Below are positions 50,539-60,885 of a DNA stretch of 64,000 bases, one piece after another (positions within the stretch are counted from its first letter, which is position 1; each line of letters starts with the position of its first letter). Both the position numbers and the translations under genes were made by a program. Source of the DNA: an uncultured Verrucomicrobiae bacterium (GTDB lineage Bacteria > Verrucomicrobiota > Verrucomicrobiia > Chthoniobacterales > UBA10450); the NCBI GenBank assembly GCA_963834385.1, contig CAWIBO010000003.1, positions 192,001 to 256,000 on the forward strand, written 5' to 3'. The notes beneath the pieces were generated by a model. The model had not been told where the DNA came from, did no database searches, and was given only the letters and a program-made list of their open reading frames with translations.

Positions 50539-51640
50539 GTGCGCCAGTTCACCAAAACCTCGGCCTCTCCCGCGCCGGGCGCGCACGTGGACGACTACCT
50601 CGCGGTGGGCCAGCAGGCCGGTGCCTCCGACATCCACCTCGGGGTGGGCGCGCCCCCGACCTGGCGCCTGCACGGAATCTTGCAGCCCATCTGGCCCGAT
50701 CTCCCTCCTCTGACCCCGCCCGAAACGGCCGCCCTGGCCGAGGGATTCCTTCCGCCCGAACAGAAACAACTCATGGAGGAACGGGGCGACGCCGATTTCG
50801 CCTACGCGAACGCGAACGGTCGCTACCGCACGAGCGTGGTCCGGCAGCGGCTTGGGACCGACATTGTCTTCCGCATCATCAACAGCGAGGTCCGGAGCAT
50901 GGACGAACTCGGGCTGCCGGAGCATCTCAAGCTGCTTACGCGCTATCAAAACGGCCTCATCCTCGTGACCGGCTCGGTCGGGAGCGGGAAATCGACCACC
51001 CTGGCTGCGCTGGTCGAGCAGGTGAACCTCGAGCGCCGGGAGCACATCATCACGCTCGAGGATCCAATTGAGTACATCTTCGAGCCCAAGGGTTGTCATA
51101 TCACCCAGCGCGAGGTGCACACGCACACCGTCTCGTTCAGTGCCGCCCTGCGCGGCGCCCTGCGCGAGGATCCCGACGTCATCATGGTGGGGGAAATGCG
51201 TGATCTCGAGACCATTTCCCTCGCCATCACCGCCTCCGAGACCGGTCACCTCGTCCTCGGTACTTTGCACACTGGCAACGCCTCGCGCACGCTGGACCGC
51301 CTGCTCGATGTCTTCCCGGTGGACCAGCAGGAGCAGATCCGGATCATGGTCAGCGAATCGCTCCGCGGCATCATCAGCCAGCAACTGGTGCCGCGGGCGG
51401 ACGGCCAGGGGCGCGTCCTCGCCCTCGAGACCCTGACCAACACTCCGGCGGTGGCCAATGTCATCCGCGAAGCCCGCACCTTCATGCTTCCCGGCATTAT
51501 CCAGACCGGCAAAAAAGCAGGGGATGCAGCTCATGGACGATTCCCTTGTCGCCTTGCACGGGCAGGGCTTGATCAGCGCCGAGGAAGCCGAGGCCCGGGC
51601 CGAACAAAAACAGCAGATGCGTTCCCTTCTCGGGAAATAG
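50539..51640 (+). CDS. pilT: PilT/PilU family type IV pilus retraction ATPase, copy 1; apparent extra A in the A6 run near 51511-51516
   Basis: [29 protein letters not shown] and GTLHT; the canonical tail [13 protein letters not shown] is in the +1 frame, ending at 51640. Confidence 0.88.
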
Positions 51641-51642
51641 AG

Positions 51643-52806
51643 ATGGCCTATCTCGACCAGTTTCTCCGGGTGATCGTCGAACAGGGCGGCTCCGATCTGC
51701 ATGTGGGCGAGGGCCAGCCGCCGAAGATGCGGCGTCACGGTGATGTCGCGCCCATCCGGGAGGAAACCGTCACGCGCGAGGAGGCGGTCAAGATGCTGCG
51801 CGAAATCTGCCCGGGCCGCGGCTGGGAAATTTTCGAGGAAAAAGGCGACCTTGATTTCGCCTACGAGATGGATGCGGAATCACGCTTTCGTTGCAATTAC
51901 CTCAAGCAGACAAATGGCTACGGTGCCGTTTTCCGTCTTATCCCGACCCGGATCGCCAGCCTGGAACAGCTCGGCATCCCGCCGGTGGTGCGCGAGTTCG
52001 GCCATTTGCGCGGCGGCCTGGTGCTCGTGACCGGCCCCACCGGTTCCGGCAAATCGACCACCCTGGCGGCGTTGATCGATTACATAAACGAGAATTTTTC
52101 CCGGCACATCGTGACCATCGAGGAACCGATCGAGTTCGTGCACCGGAACAAGAAGAGCATCGTGACCCAGCGCGAGGTGCCCTTGAATTCCATCTCCTTC
52201 CCGGCCGGGCTCAAGGCCGCCTTGCGCCAGGATGCCGACATTGTCCTCGTGGGCGAAATGCGCGATCTGGAAACAATTTCCCTCGCGCTGACCGCGGCCG
52301 AAACCGGGTTGCTCGTCTTTGGCACCCTGCACACCAACAACGCCCGCAAGACGGTGGATCGCATGGTCGACGTTTTCCCCGCCTCGCGGCAGGCACAGGC
52401 CAGGACCATGCTGGCCAACTCGCTCCGGGGCGTCCTCGCCCAGCTCCTTTTGAAGAAGGCGGACGGCTCGGGCCGGGTCGCGGTGAACGAGATCCTCATC
52501 GCCAACGCCGCCGTCTCCGCCATCATCCGAGAAGGCGCCACCCAGAAGCTTCAGGACGTCATCGTGGCCGGGAAAGGCCAGGGCATGCAGTTCATGGACG
52601 ATGCCATCTGGAGCCTGCTCCAGCAGGGGACCGTCTCCCCGCACGAGGCTTTCATGAAGGCGATTGACAAGAATCTCTTCAAGAAATTCCTCCCCCCGGA
52701 GGAGGAGGCGCTGGCCCATTCGGCCGGGGCCGCCCCCGACGACCAGCGCCGCGCCCCGGGCGATTTCGTGAAGGAACGGAAGGCCGCCGCCCGAGCCCCG
52801 CGTTGA
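51643..52806 (+). CDS. pilT: PilT/PilU family ATPase, copy 2
   Basis: Own [32 protein letters not shown] and GMQFMDD. Confidence 0.92.
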   Translation: MAYLDQFLRVIVEQGGSDLHVGEGQPPKMRRHGDVAPIREETVTREEAVKMLREICPGRGWEIFEEKGDLDFAYEMDAESRFRCNYLKQTNGYGAVFRLIPTRIASLEQLGIPPVVREFGHLRGGLVLVTGPTGSGKSTTLAALIDYINENFSRHIVTIEEPIEFVHRNKKSIVTQREVPLNSISFPAGLKAALRQDADIVLVGEMRDLETISLALTAAETGLLVFGTLHTNNARKTVDRMVDVFPASRQAQARTMLANSLRGVLAQLLLKKADGSGRVAVNEILIANAAVSAIIREGATQKLQDVIVAGKGQGMQFMDDAIWSLLQQGTVSPHEAFMKAIDKNLFKKFLPPEEEALAHSAGAAPDDQRRAPGDFVKERKAAARAPR

Positions 52807-52842
52807 CATAAAAATCGGCGCCTGCTAGGTTCGCGCCGATTT
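52803..52842 (+). promoter_or_regulatory. Sigma70 promoter TTGACA-N17-TAGGTT overlapped by a 10-bp inverted repeat
   Basis: TTGACA at 52803-08 and TAGGTT at 52826-31; AAATCGGCGC/GCGCCGATTT flank the -10. Confidence 0.6.
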
Positions 52843-52900
52843 ACGGAAGGGCGGTCTCGCATGGGCGCGAGTCCGCGCAACGCAAAAGGATCCGCAGACT

Positions 52901-53500
52901 GTGTTAAACACTCAGGTACTTGTGCTGAACCGCCTCTGGCAGGCCGTCAACGTCTGCTCGGCCCGCCGCGCTTTCGCCCTCGTTTACCAGGGGCACGCCC
53001 AGGTCGTCTCGTCTGATGCCGGCAGCTTTCTCACCCACGATTTCGACAGCTGGCGCGATTTCTCGGTGAGCGCGCCGGAGCATGAGATGGTTACCACCAT
53101 CTCGTGGAAGATCCGGATTCCCCGCGTCATCGTTCTGCTCCTCTTCGATCGCCTTCCGAAAAAGGAGGTGAAGTTCACGCGGCACAATGTCTTCGAGCGG
53201 GACAAGAACACCTGCCAGTACTGCGGCCGTCTCTTCGACCGGAGCGAATTAAATCTCGATCACGTTTTGCCGCGGGATAAGGGCGGGCTGACCACCTGGG
53301 AAAACGTGGTCTGCTCCTGTATTCCCTGCAATACCCGGAAGGGGAACCGGCTCCCGCACGACGCCCACATGGCGTTGATCCGGAAACCCAAGCGGCCCAA
53401 ATGGCGGCCTTTTGTCCATGTGACCTTCTCGAGCCAGCATCACGAGAGCTGGCGCCACTTTGTCGATCTCGCCTACTGGAACGTTGAGCTGAGCGACTAG
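52901..53500 (+). CDS. HNH endonuclease family protein
   Basis: VLVLN N-terminus, RDKNTCQYCG, LDHVLPR..GG and WENVVCSCIPCNTRKG. Confidence 0.92.
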   Translation: MLNTQVLVLNRLWQAVNVCSARRAFALVYQGHAQVVSSDAGSFLTHDFDSWRDFSVSAPEHEMVTTISWKIRIPRVIVLLLFDRLPKKEVKFTRHNVFERDKNTCQYCGRLFDRSELNLDHVLPRDKGGLTTWENVVCSCIPCNTRKGNRLPHDAHMALIRKPKRPKWRPFVHVTFSSQHHESWRHFVDLAYWNVELSD

Positions 53501-53510
53501 GCGCGCCGGT

Positions 53511-54923
53511 TTACGGCAGCGCGTTCAGGATGGGCTGCGGGTAAACCCCGAGCCAGAGAATGCCGGCCATGAGCGCGATCATGGCCACGCGCGAAAGCGG
53601 GTTGATCGCGATCGGTTCCAGCGAGGCCGCCGGGTTCCAATACATCGCCCGGACCACCTTGAGATAATAATAGAAGCCGCAGGCAACGGTCACGATGCCG
53701 GCCACCACCAGCATGGTCTGTTTCTGGGCGATGGCCGCGTCAAAGATCATGAACTTGCCAAGAAAGCCGACCGTGAGAGGGACGCCGGCGAGCGAGACCA
53801 TCGCCAGGAGCATGGCGAAAGCGAGAAACGGCGAACGGCGCCCCAGGCCGTCGAAGTCCTCGATTTTTTCGCCCGTCTGCTGCGCCACCAAAATCAGGAC
53901 AGCGAAGCTGAGCAGGGTCATAAGAAGATAGCCCACCAGGTAAAAGGCGACCGCTCGCCCGGAAAGTGCGGCCACGCCGATAAGGAGGTAGCCGGCGTGC
54001 GCGATGCTGGAATAGGCCAGCAGCCGTTTCAGGTTCGTTTGCGGCAGGGCCGCCAGGTTGCCGTAGATCAGGGTGAGCAGGGCCAGGACGGCAATGATCT
54101 TCGTGACCTGCGGCAGCATCATGAACGGTTCAAGAACGCGAAGCAGGACAACGAATCCCGCGGCTTTCGAGCCCACGGAAAGATAGGCTGTCACCGGCGT
54201 CGGCGCGCCCTGGTAGACGTCGGGAATCCAGATGTGAAAGGGAACGGCGGCAATCTTGAAGCCGAAGCCGACCAGCACGAGCACGATGCCGAAAAGGGCC
54301 GCGGTGCGCTCGAGGTCCGGCCGGGCCAGGGCGTCCGCGATCCGGGCCAGGTTGGTCTCGCCGGTGGCGCCAAAAATCCAGGTGATGCCGTAGACCAGGA
54401 ACCCGGTCGAAAGCGCGCTCAGGATCAGGTATTTTACCCCGGCTTCGAGGGTGACGGGACGCCGCCGGGTGAACGCCACCAGGACATAAAAAGCCATCGT
54501 GACCAGCTCGAGCGAGACGAAGATCATGATGAAATCGACCGCCGAGGCCATCCACATGAGGCCGGCGCAGGCGAAGATCGGGAGCGCAAAAAATTCACCG
54601 AGAGCGCCGAACCGATCGGCACTCCGCCCCGGCAAGGCCGAGGTGGTCCCGAAATCCACCATCATGATGAGAACAAGGATGGTGGTGACCAGGGCGAACC
54701 GCTTGAAGAAGAGAGCCAGGCTGTCGGCAGCATAAAACCCGGCCATGGCGGTGGAGCCGGCGGCCTCCGGCGTCACGAAAAAACTGGCGAGGAGAACGCA
54801 GGCCAGGCCCAGCATGCCCGCGTAGGCCAGCCGCCGGCGATCGATCGTGCGCGCGAAGGATTCAATGAGGACCACGAGGAAGCCCAGGACGACGACCGCA
54901 ATTTCAAGGGTGGGCGCGTTCAT
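53511..54923 (-). CDS. nuoN: NADH-quinone oxidoreductase subunit N
   Basis: EAGVKY, FKIAAVPFHIWIPDVYQGAP and KRLLAYSSIAHAGY. Confidence 0.95.
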   Translation of the reverse strand: MNAPTLEIAVVVLGFLVVLIESFARTIDRRRLAYAGMLGLACVLLASFFVTPEAAGSTAMAGFYAADSLALFFKRFALVTTILVLIMMVDFGTTSALPGRSADRFGALGEFFALPIFACAGLMWMASAVDFIMIFVSLELVTMAFYVLVAFTRRRPVTLEAGVKYLILSALSTGFLVYGITWIFGATGETNLARIADALARPDLERTAALFGIVLVLVGFGFKIAAVPFHIWIPDVYQGAPTPVTAYLSVGSKAAGFVVLLRVLEPFMMLPQVTKIIAVLALLTLIYGNLAALPQTNLKRLLAYSSIAHAGYLLIGVAALSGRAVAFYLVGYLLMTLLSFAVLILVAQQTGEKIEDFDGLGRRSPFLAFAMLLAMVSLAGVPLTVGFLGKFMIFDAAIAQKQTMLVVAGIVTVACGFYYYLKVVRAMYWNPAASLEPIAINPLSRVAMIALMAGILWLGVYPQPILNALP

Positions 54924-56395
54924 TTGGCGGGGAGCACCATCTTGAATCCCGGCGAAACCAGGGTCACCAGCGCCTGCGGGAAAAAGCCGATCCAGAGCAT
55001 GCTCGCGACGAGGATAAGGACCGGCATGCGCAGCCGGCCCCGAATATCAGTAAGACCTTCCCAGCTGCGAGTGGGCCGGCCCATGAAGGCGGAGCGGTAG
55101 GCGCGCAGCATGTAAACGGCCGAGATGACCACACCCCAGAGCGCCAGCACGGTCGCCACCTGCGGAAAACCAAAGCCCGCGAGGGAAAATCCGTTCTGGA
55201 AAGCGCCGAAAAAGATCATGACCTCAGCGGAAAAATTCGCGAAACCAGGCAGGCCAATCGAGGCGAAAGCGGCCAGCCCAAAGGCAAGGCCGGCAAAGGG
55301 CATCACCTTGCCCAGCCCGCCAAGGTCCGCGAAATCAAGCGTGCCGGTGCGGGCACGGACTTCGCCCGCGACCGCAAAGAGCAGCGCGATCGAGAGCCCG
55401 TGGGCAAAGATGAGCAGGGCCGCGCCGTTGGTCCCGATCAGGTTCGCGCTGGCCAGCCCGAGGAAAATGTAACCCATGTGCATGACGCTGGAATAGCCCA
55501 GCATCCGGTCGAGGCTTTTTTGCGCGAGCGTGACCAGCCCGACGTAGATGATGTTGCCGAGCAGAAGAAAGAGCAGCAGCCCCGTCCAGTATTCCGCGCC
55601 TTCCGGCAGCATCGGCAGCGCGATGCGGAGCAGGCCATAGAGCCCGAATTTTTTCAAAACGCCGGCGTGGAGCATGGCCGCGGGCGTCGGCGCGCAGGCA
55701 TACGCATCCGGCGCCCAGGTATGAAACGGGAAAAGGGAGACGAGGATGCCGAACCCAAGAAGAAGGACGAGGTAGATGTTGCGCTGCGCTTCCGGCGCGA
55801 TCCCTCCGTTAAGCGCGGCCTGTTGCAGTTCCCTCAGGTCAAAGGTCCGCAGGTCCACGGGCACGCTCTGGTAGAGCATGATCAGCCCGATCAGGAGGAT
55901 GAAGCTGCCCAGGGCAAGATAGATCGTGATCTTCCAGGCGGCGGCGGAGCGGCTGCCGGTGCCCCAGATGCCGATCAGGAGAAAGGTCGGGATCAAGGCC
56001 AGCTCGTGAAAAGCGTAGAAGAAGAGAAGATCGAGCGCGGTGAAGGCCCCAAGCGCGCCGGCCGCAATCAGGAGAAGACAGGCGTAATATCCCCGGCGCC
56101 CCTGCGCCACGTCCCCGGCAAACCAGATCGCGCAGAGCGTCACGATGGTCGTGAGCAGAACCATGATCATGCTCAGGCCGTCGACGCCGAAAGCGAAACG
56201 GAAGCCCCACTCCTCCACCAGCGTAAAAGAGGTGACGTGGTGGAACTGGTTTCCGCGCCCCAGGCCGGCGTAAAGGAGCAGCGCTCCGAAAAAGGAGGCG
56301 AAGGAGGCATACCAGGCCGTCCGCCGGGGAGGCGCGCCGGCGGCGATGAGCGCCACGGCCACGAGCGGAGCAAAAATAACGGCAAGAAGCAGCAT
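54920..56395 (-). CDS. nuoM: NADH-quinone oxidoreductase subunit M
   Basis: GVDGLS, FPFHTWAPDAY, YSSVMHMG and GLPGFANF; operon order. Confidence 0.95.
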   Translation of the reverse strand: MLLLAVIFAPLVAVALIAAGAPPRRTAWYASFASFFGALLLYAGLGRGNQFHHVTSFTLVEEWGFRFAFGVDGLSMIMVLLTTIVTLCAIWFAGDVAQGRRGYYACLLLIAAGALGAFTALDLLFFYAFHELALIPTFLLIGIWGTGSRSAAAWKITIYLALGSFILLIGLIMLYQSVPVDLRTFDLRELQQAALNGGIAPEAQRNIYLVLLLGFGILVSLFPFHTWAPDAYACAPTPAAMLHAGVLKKFGLYGLLRIALPMLPEGAEYWTGLLLFLLLGNIIYVGLVTLAQKSLDRMLGYSSVMHMGYIFLGLASANLIGTNGAALLIFAHGLSIALLFAVAGEVRARTGTLDFADLGGLGKVMPFAGLAFGLAAFASIGLPGFANFSAEVMIFFGAFQNGFSLAGFGFPQVATVLALWGVVISAVYMLRAYRSAFMGRPTRSWEGLTDIRGRLRMPVLILVASMLWIGFFPQALVTLVSPGFKMVLPAK

Positions 56396-58194
56396 CAGGA
56401 AAAAACGGTGAAGTAGATCACGGCCACGATTCCCAGGCCGAAAAGAAAGGCGTAGGCCTGCAGGTTGCCGACCTGCATGAGGCGGAGGAGCGCGCCGAAG
56501 CCCCAGGTGACGCCGCTCAGGCCGCGCACCAGGCCCGCATCCAGGATCCAGCGGTCCAGAAAAGCGCTCAGGCGCGCCAGGATTCCCTGGGTGGAATCAA
56601 TCAGCCAGCGATAGAACTCATCGATGTAAAACCGGTTCCGCAGCACGCGCAGGTTGAGCGGTTCCGCCACCCGGTTCCGGTAAAGGACAAATCCTCCGAC
56701 CACGCCCAGGACCATGGCGATAAAGGCCAGCGACGGAACGAGGGCGCCGTGCGCCTCATCATGCGCTGGCGTGGGTAGGAAGCGATGCGCGAAAAATCCG
56801 AAGCCAGCGAGGGCCGCGGGGATCGCCAGGACCAGCAGCGGCCCCGTCATCACCGCCGGCGCCTCGCGTCCGCGCCGGGCCTCCTCCGTGCGAGGCGGGC
56901 CGAGGAACGCGACCACGACCAGGCGCATCATGTAGAAGGCGGTCAGGAAAGCGGTGAAAAGAGCGACGCCGAAGAGCACCGGGTTTTGCGCGTAGGCCAC
57001 GGCCAGGATCGCGTCCTTGCTGAAGAAGCCGCTGAAAGGCGGACAGCCGATCAGGGCGAGTGTCCCGACCATAAAAGTGCCAAAGGTGACCCGGAGCCGG
57101 CCGGCCAGCCCGCCCATTTTCCAGATGTTCTGCTCGTGGTGGAGGACCACGATGATGGCGCCGGCGCCGAGGAAGAGGAGAGCCTTGAAGAAAGCGTGGG
57201 TGAAAAGGTGGAACATCGCCGCCGTGCCGGAGGCGAGACCGACGGCCATGACCATGTAACCGAGCTGCGAAAGGGTGGAGTAGGCCAGGATGCGCTTGAT
57301 GTCGTTCTGCTGCATGGCCATGAGGGCGGCCAGGACCGCGGTGATGGCGCCAATCCAGGCAATGACGGCCAGGGCGGTGGCCGAGGTCTCAACGAGGAAA
57401 CCGACGCGGACCAGCATGTAGACACCGGCCGCCACCATGGTGGCGGCATGAATCAGGGCGGAAACGGGCGTCGGGCCTTCCATGGCATCGGGCAGCCAGA
57501 CGTGGAGGGGAAACTGGGCGGATTTTCCCATCGCGCCGCAAAAGATGAGGAGGACGGCCGCGGTGAGGAAGGCCGGGTGCGCGGTCAGGCCGCCCATGCG
57601 CGCGGCCACCTCGGCGAAGACGATGGAACCGGTCGCGCTCCAGACCATGAGAATGCCGATCATGAAACCAAAATCGCCGATGCGGTTGGTCAGGAAGGCC
57701 TTCTTGGCCGCTTCCGCCGCCGAGTCCCGCTCGAACCAGTGCCCGATGAGGAGATAGGAGCTGACGCCGACCAGCTCCCAGAAGATGAACATCATCACGA
57801 AATTGTTCGCGAGGACGATGCCCAGCATGGAAAACATGAAGAGCGAGAGGGAGGCGAAATAGCGCGAGACACCGGGATCGCCCCGCATGTAGCCGAGCGA
57901 ATAGACGTGGATCAGGGCCCCGACCCCGGTGACCAGGACGAGCATGGTTTTGCTGAGCTGGTCGAGGACGAAGCCAAACGGGATATGGAGGTGGGGACGC
58001 AGATCGATCCAGGTGATCTGCATGGTCCGGATCTCGGGCTGCGCAAAAACGAGGCAGGCGCAGAGAAAACTGCCCAGCACGGCCGCGACCGAGATGAGCG
58101 CGCTGACGCGCGGGGAGGGCCGGGTCAGGAGCAGGATGGTCACCGTGCTCATGAGCGGCAGGAGAAGAATGAACCAGGGAAGAGGGCTGCTCAT
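56395..58194 (-). CDS. nuoL: NADH-quinone oxidoreductase subunit L
   Basis: NRIGD, GKSAQFPLHVWLPDAMEGPTPVSALIHAATMV and HAFFKALLFL. Confidence 0.96.
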   Translation of the reverse strand: MSSPLPWFILLLPLMSTVTILLLTRPSPRVSALISVAAVLGSFLCACLVFAQPEIRTMQITWIDLRPHLHIPFGFVLDQLSKTMLVLVTGVGALIHVYSLGYMRGDPGVSRYFASLSLFMFSMLGIVLANNFVMMFIFWELVGVSSYLLIGHWFERDSAAEAAKKAFLTNRIGDFGFMIGILMVWSATGSIVFAEVAARMGGLTAHPAFLTAAVLLIFCGAMGKSAQFPLHVWLPDAMEGPTPVSALIHAATMVAAGVYMLVRVGFLVETSATALAVIAWIGAITAVLAALMAMQQNDIKRILAYSTLSQLGYMVMAVGLASGTAAMFHLFTHAFFKALLFLGAGAIIVVLHHEQNIWKMGGLAGRLRVTFGTFMVGTLALIGCPPFSGFFSKDAILAVAYAQNPVLFGVALFTAFLTAFYMMRLVVVAFLGPPRTEEARRGREAPAVMTGPLLVLAIPAALAGFGFFAHRFLPTPAHDEAHGALVPSLAFIAMVLGVVGGFVLYRNRVAEPLNLRVLRNRFYIDEFYRWLIDSTQGILARLSAFLDRWILDAGLVRGLSGVTWGFGALLRLMQVGNLQAYAFLFGLGIVAVIYFTVFS

Positions 58195-58198
58195 GCGG

Positions 58199-58522
58199 CT
58201 AGAACTTCAGGCTGCTCATATCCTCCACATGCGTGGTCTGGCGGGCGCGGTAGAGGGCGACAATGATGGCGAGACCGACCGCGACCTCGGCCGCGGCGAC
58301 GGTGATGATGAAAAAGACAAAAACCTGGGCGTTGTAGTCCGGGAGCCCGGCGGCATCGAGGCGGAACCGGGAAAAGGCCACCAGGGAGAGGTTGGCCGCG
58401 TTGAGCATGAGCTCGAGCGACATGAAGATGATGATGATGTTCCGGCGAAGCATCACCCCGGCAAAACCGATGGTGAAGAGCAGGCCGCTCACGAGCAGGT
58501 AATCGCCGAGCGTGACCATCAA
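58199..58522 (-). CDS. nuoK: NADH-quinone oxidoreductase subunit K
   Basis: [14 protein letters not shown] and [11 protein letters not shown]. Confidence 0.95.
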   Translation of the reverse strand: MMVTLGDYLLVSGLLFTIGFAGVMLRRNIIIIFMSLELMLNAANLSLVAFSRFRLDAAGLPDYNAQVFVFFIITVAAAEVAVGLAIIVALYRARQTTHVEDMSSLKF

Positions 58523-59022
58523 CGGAGTTCCTTCTTGCTGAGAACGACCACGCCGATGGTGGCGACAACCAGGAGAACGCCGATGACCTGGAAGGGGAGA
58601 TTGAAGTCATCAAAGAGCAAATGGCCCACTCCCCGGATGTCGTCCGGCCGCTCGGGCGGGAGCGCCGGCATCGGCTGCCCGGCCCCGCGCAGGCTGTGCG
58701 TGACCGCGTAGACCTGGAGGAAGAAAACGAAGGCGACGGCGGCGCCGCCCGCGGTGGCGACCCAGTTCAGGCGGCGGCGTTCCTCCGCCCGGAGGTCGAG
58801 CAGCATGATGATGAAGAGGAAGAGCACCATGACCGCGCCGGCGTAAACCAGGACCTGGATGATGCCGATGAAAAAGGCGTCGAGCGACATGAAGAGGGCG
58901 GCCAGGCCGAGAAAGGAAAGGACGAGGCTAAGGGCGCTCGCAACCGGGTTGCGGTTGATCACGACGGCGACGCCGAAGATCAGCATCATCAGGGCAAAGG
59001 TCCAGAAGAGGTAGGAAGGCAT
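58519..59022 (-). CDS. nuoJ: NADH-quinone oxidoreductase subunit J
   Basis: RNPVASAL and [20 protein letters not shown]. Confidence 0.95.
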   Translation of the reverse strand: MPSYLFWTFALMMLIFGVAVVINRNPVASALSLVLSFLGLAALFMSLDAFFIGIIQVLVYAGAVMVLFLFIIMLLDLRAEERRRLNWVATAGGAAVAFVFFLQVYAVTHSLRGAGQPMPALPPERPDDIRGVGHLLFDDFNLPFQVIGVLLVVATIGVVVLSKKELR

Positions 59023-59089
59023 GACTCGGATTTCAGGGGACGGAGTTCGGGGCCGCGGGCGTGCGCAGGTTGCCTCGAATCCTGCCCTC

Positions 59090-59620
59090 TCATTTCATTT
59101 TGTTCCATTTCAGGACGAGCCCGTGCATGACGCCGCCGATCTCGACCAGCTTCTCCTTGTCGTGCACCATGTCGCTGCGGGTCAGGCCGGTGATGGCGTA
59201 ATCCTTGCGCAGATAAATGGCCTGTTCCGGGCAGACTTCCTCGCACATCCCGCAGTAGATGCACCGGATCATGTCGATATCGAATTCCTCGGGATATTTC
59301 TCGACCTTGGCGAAACGGTCGCGCCCCGGGATCTCGCCCGGGACGATTTTGATCGCGCGCGGCGGGCAGATGAATTCGCAAAGCTGGCAGGCGACGCAGC
59401 GGAGCCGGTCGTCCGCGTCCGTCACCAGCGCCGGGGCCCCCCGGTAATGCTCCGGCATCTGCGCGTCCCACTTTTCCTCAGGGTATTGCATGGTCACGCT
59501 GGTCCGCCCGAGCAGCAGGTTCTTCAGGTGGCGAAAGGTGATCATCAGGCCGCCAACGATCGCCGGCAGGTACAGGCGTTCCGCGATGGTCAGGTTGGGT
59601 CGGGTGACGGTGATGGCCAT
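59090..59620 (-). CDS. nuoI: NADH-quinone oxidoreductase subunit I
   Basis: TMQYPEE; two CxxCxxCxxxCP motifs. Confidence 0.95.
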   Translation of the reverse strand: MAITVTRPNLTIAERLYLPAIVGGLMITFRHLKNLLLGRTSVTMQYPEEKWDAQMPEHYRGAPALVTDADDRLRCVACQLCEFICPPRAIKIVPGEIPGRDRFAKVEKYPEEFDIDMIRCIYCGMCEEVCPEQAIYLRKDYAITGLTRSDMVHDKEKLVEIGGVMHGLVLKWNKMK

Positions 59621-59627
59621 GGGAGTT

Positions 59628-59758
59628 AAATGACGAATGACGAAGGACGAAGGACGAAGGAATGACGAAGCCCGAATGACGATCGACGCGGCGACTCCAT
59701 TCCTCTCCCGTCTCTCCTCATTTCGGTTCGGTCATTCGTCATTCGTCATTCGTCATTT
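59628..59758. repeat. Inverted heptamer arrays (ATGACGA)n...(TCGTCAT)n forming a long hairpin between nuoH and nuoI
   Basis: Left arm AAATGACGAATGACGAAGGACGAAGGACGAA...; right arm ...GTCATTCGTCATTCGTCATTCGTCATTT. Confidence 0.88.
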
Positions 59759-59773
59759 CATCGCGGCGGTCAC

Positions 59774-60883
59774 TCAGCGCGGCAAGTAAGCAATGATGAC
59801 CGCCGCGATGAAAATATTCACCAGCGCGATCTCAAAGAAGAAAATCCAGCCGAGGCGCATGAGCTGGTCGTAGCGAAAGCGGGGCAGGGTCCAACGCACC
59901 CAGATAAAGACGAAAAGAAGCATGGCCACCTTGCCGAAAAAGACCGCGATGTTGAAGAGTCCGCCGAGCACGCCTTTCCAGCCCGGGGCGTCGCCGGTGA
60001 TGAGCAGCCACTCGAAACCGTTCCCGCCCCACCAGGGCACCGGCAGATGCCAGCCCCCGAGAAAGAGGGTCACGATGATGGCGGACCCGGTGATCATGGC
60101 GGCGTATTCGCCCAGGAAGAAGAGGGCGAACTTCATCGAGGAATATTCCGTGTGATAACCGCCCACGAGCTCGGTCTCGGCCTCCGGCAGGTCAAAGGGA
60201 AGCCGGTTGGTCTCGGCAAAAATGGCGATGGTGAAGACGACAAAGGAGATGAGCATCGGCCCGGCCAAAAGCCATTTCCACGGGTTGCTCAGGTCGCCGA
60301 GGAACGGCGCGATCATCCAGCCCTGCTCGATCTGGTAACGCACGATCTCCGTCAGGCGCAGTTCCCCCACCAGGAGAAAAATCGGGATGACGGCGAGCCC
60401 AAGCGAGAGCTCGTAGGAAATCATCTGCGAGGAGGCGCGAACCCCGCCCAGGAAGGAATACTTCGAGTTCGAGGCCCAGCCGGCGATCACGATCCCGTAA
60501 ACCCCGAGCGAGGCGATCGCGAAAACGTAAAGGACGCCCACGTTGACGTCGGCAATGACCATGGGCACGCCGAGGAGCGTGCTGCCGAACGGCACCACCG
60601 CCACCGTCATGATTGCCGGGACCATGGCCAGGCAGGGCGCCAGCCAGAAGTAGAACTTGTTTACGTGCGCCGGGGTGAAGTCCTCCTTCAGGAGAAACTT
60701 GGCCGCATCGGCGATCGGCTGGAAAAGGCCGGCCGGTCCGACGCGGTTCGGCCCAAGGCGGTCCTGGATCATCGCGCTGACCCGCCGCTCGGCGTAGACG
60801 CTGTAGGAGACCATCGGCAGGATGACGAGGAAGATCACGCCGACGATCTTCAGCAACGAGACCGTGATAAAATACCAGTCCAT
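59774..60883 (-). CDS. nuoH: NADH-quinone oxidoreductase subunit H
   Basis: ERRV...[33 protein letters not shown] and RFRYDQLM. Confidence 0.96.
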   Translation of the reverse strand: MDWYFITVSLLKIVGVIFLVILPMVSYSVYAERRVSAMIQDRLGPNRVGPAGLFQPIADAAKFLLKEDFTPAHVNKFYFWLAPCLAMVPAIMTVAVVPFGSTLLGVPMVIADVNVGVLYVFAIASLGVYGIVIAGWASNSKYSFLGGVRASSQMISYELSLGLAVIPIFLLVGELRLTEIVRYQIEQGWMIAPFLGDLSNPWKWLLAGPMLISFVVFTIAIFAETNRLPFDLPEAETELVGGYHTEYSSMKFALFFLGEYAAMITGSAIIVTLFLGGWHLPVPWWGGNGFEWLLITGDAPGWKGVLGGLFNIAVFFGKVAMLLFVFIWVRWTLPRFRYDQLMRLGWIFFFEIALVNIFIAAVIIAYLPR

Positions 60884-60885
60884 GG

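Noticed and set aside
50539..52806. A genuine 755-aa double-PilT protein as given by the ORF track
   Set aside because: The conserved tail of copy 1 is in the +1 frame with its own stop, and copy 2 has its own ATG. One extra A explains the fusion.
52901..53500. HNH as Cas9/IscB-like or defence-system effector
   Set aside because: Only 199 aa, with no RuvC motifs, no array or long ncRNA space, and no methylase or ATPase partner.
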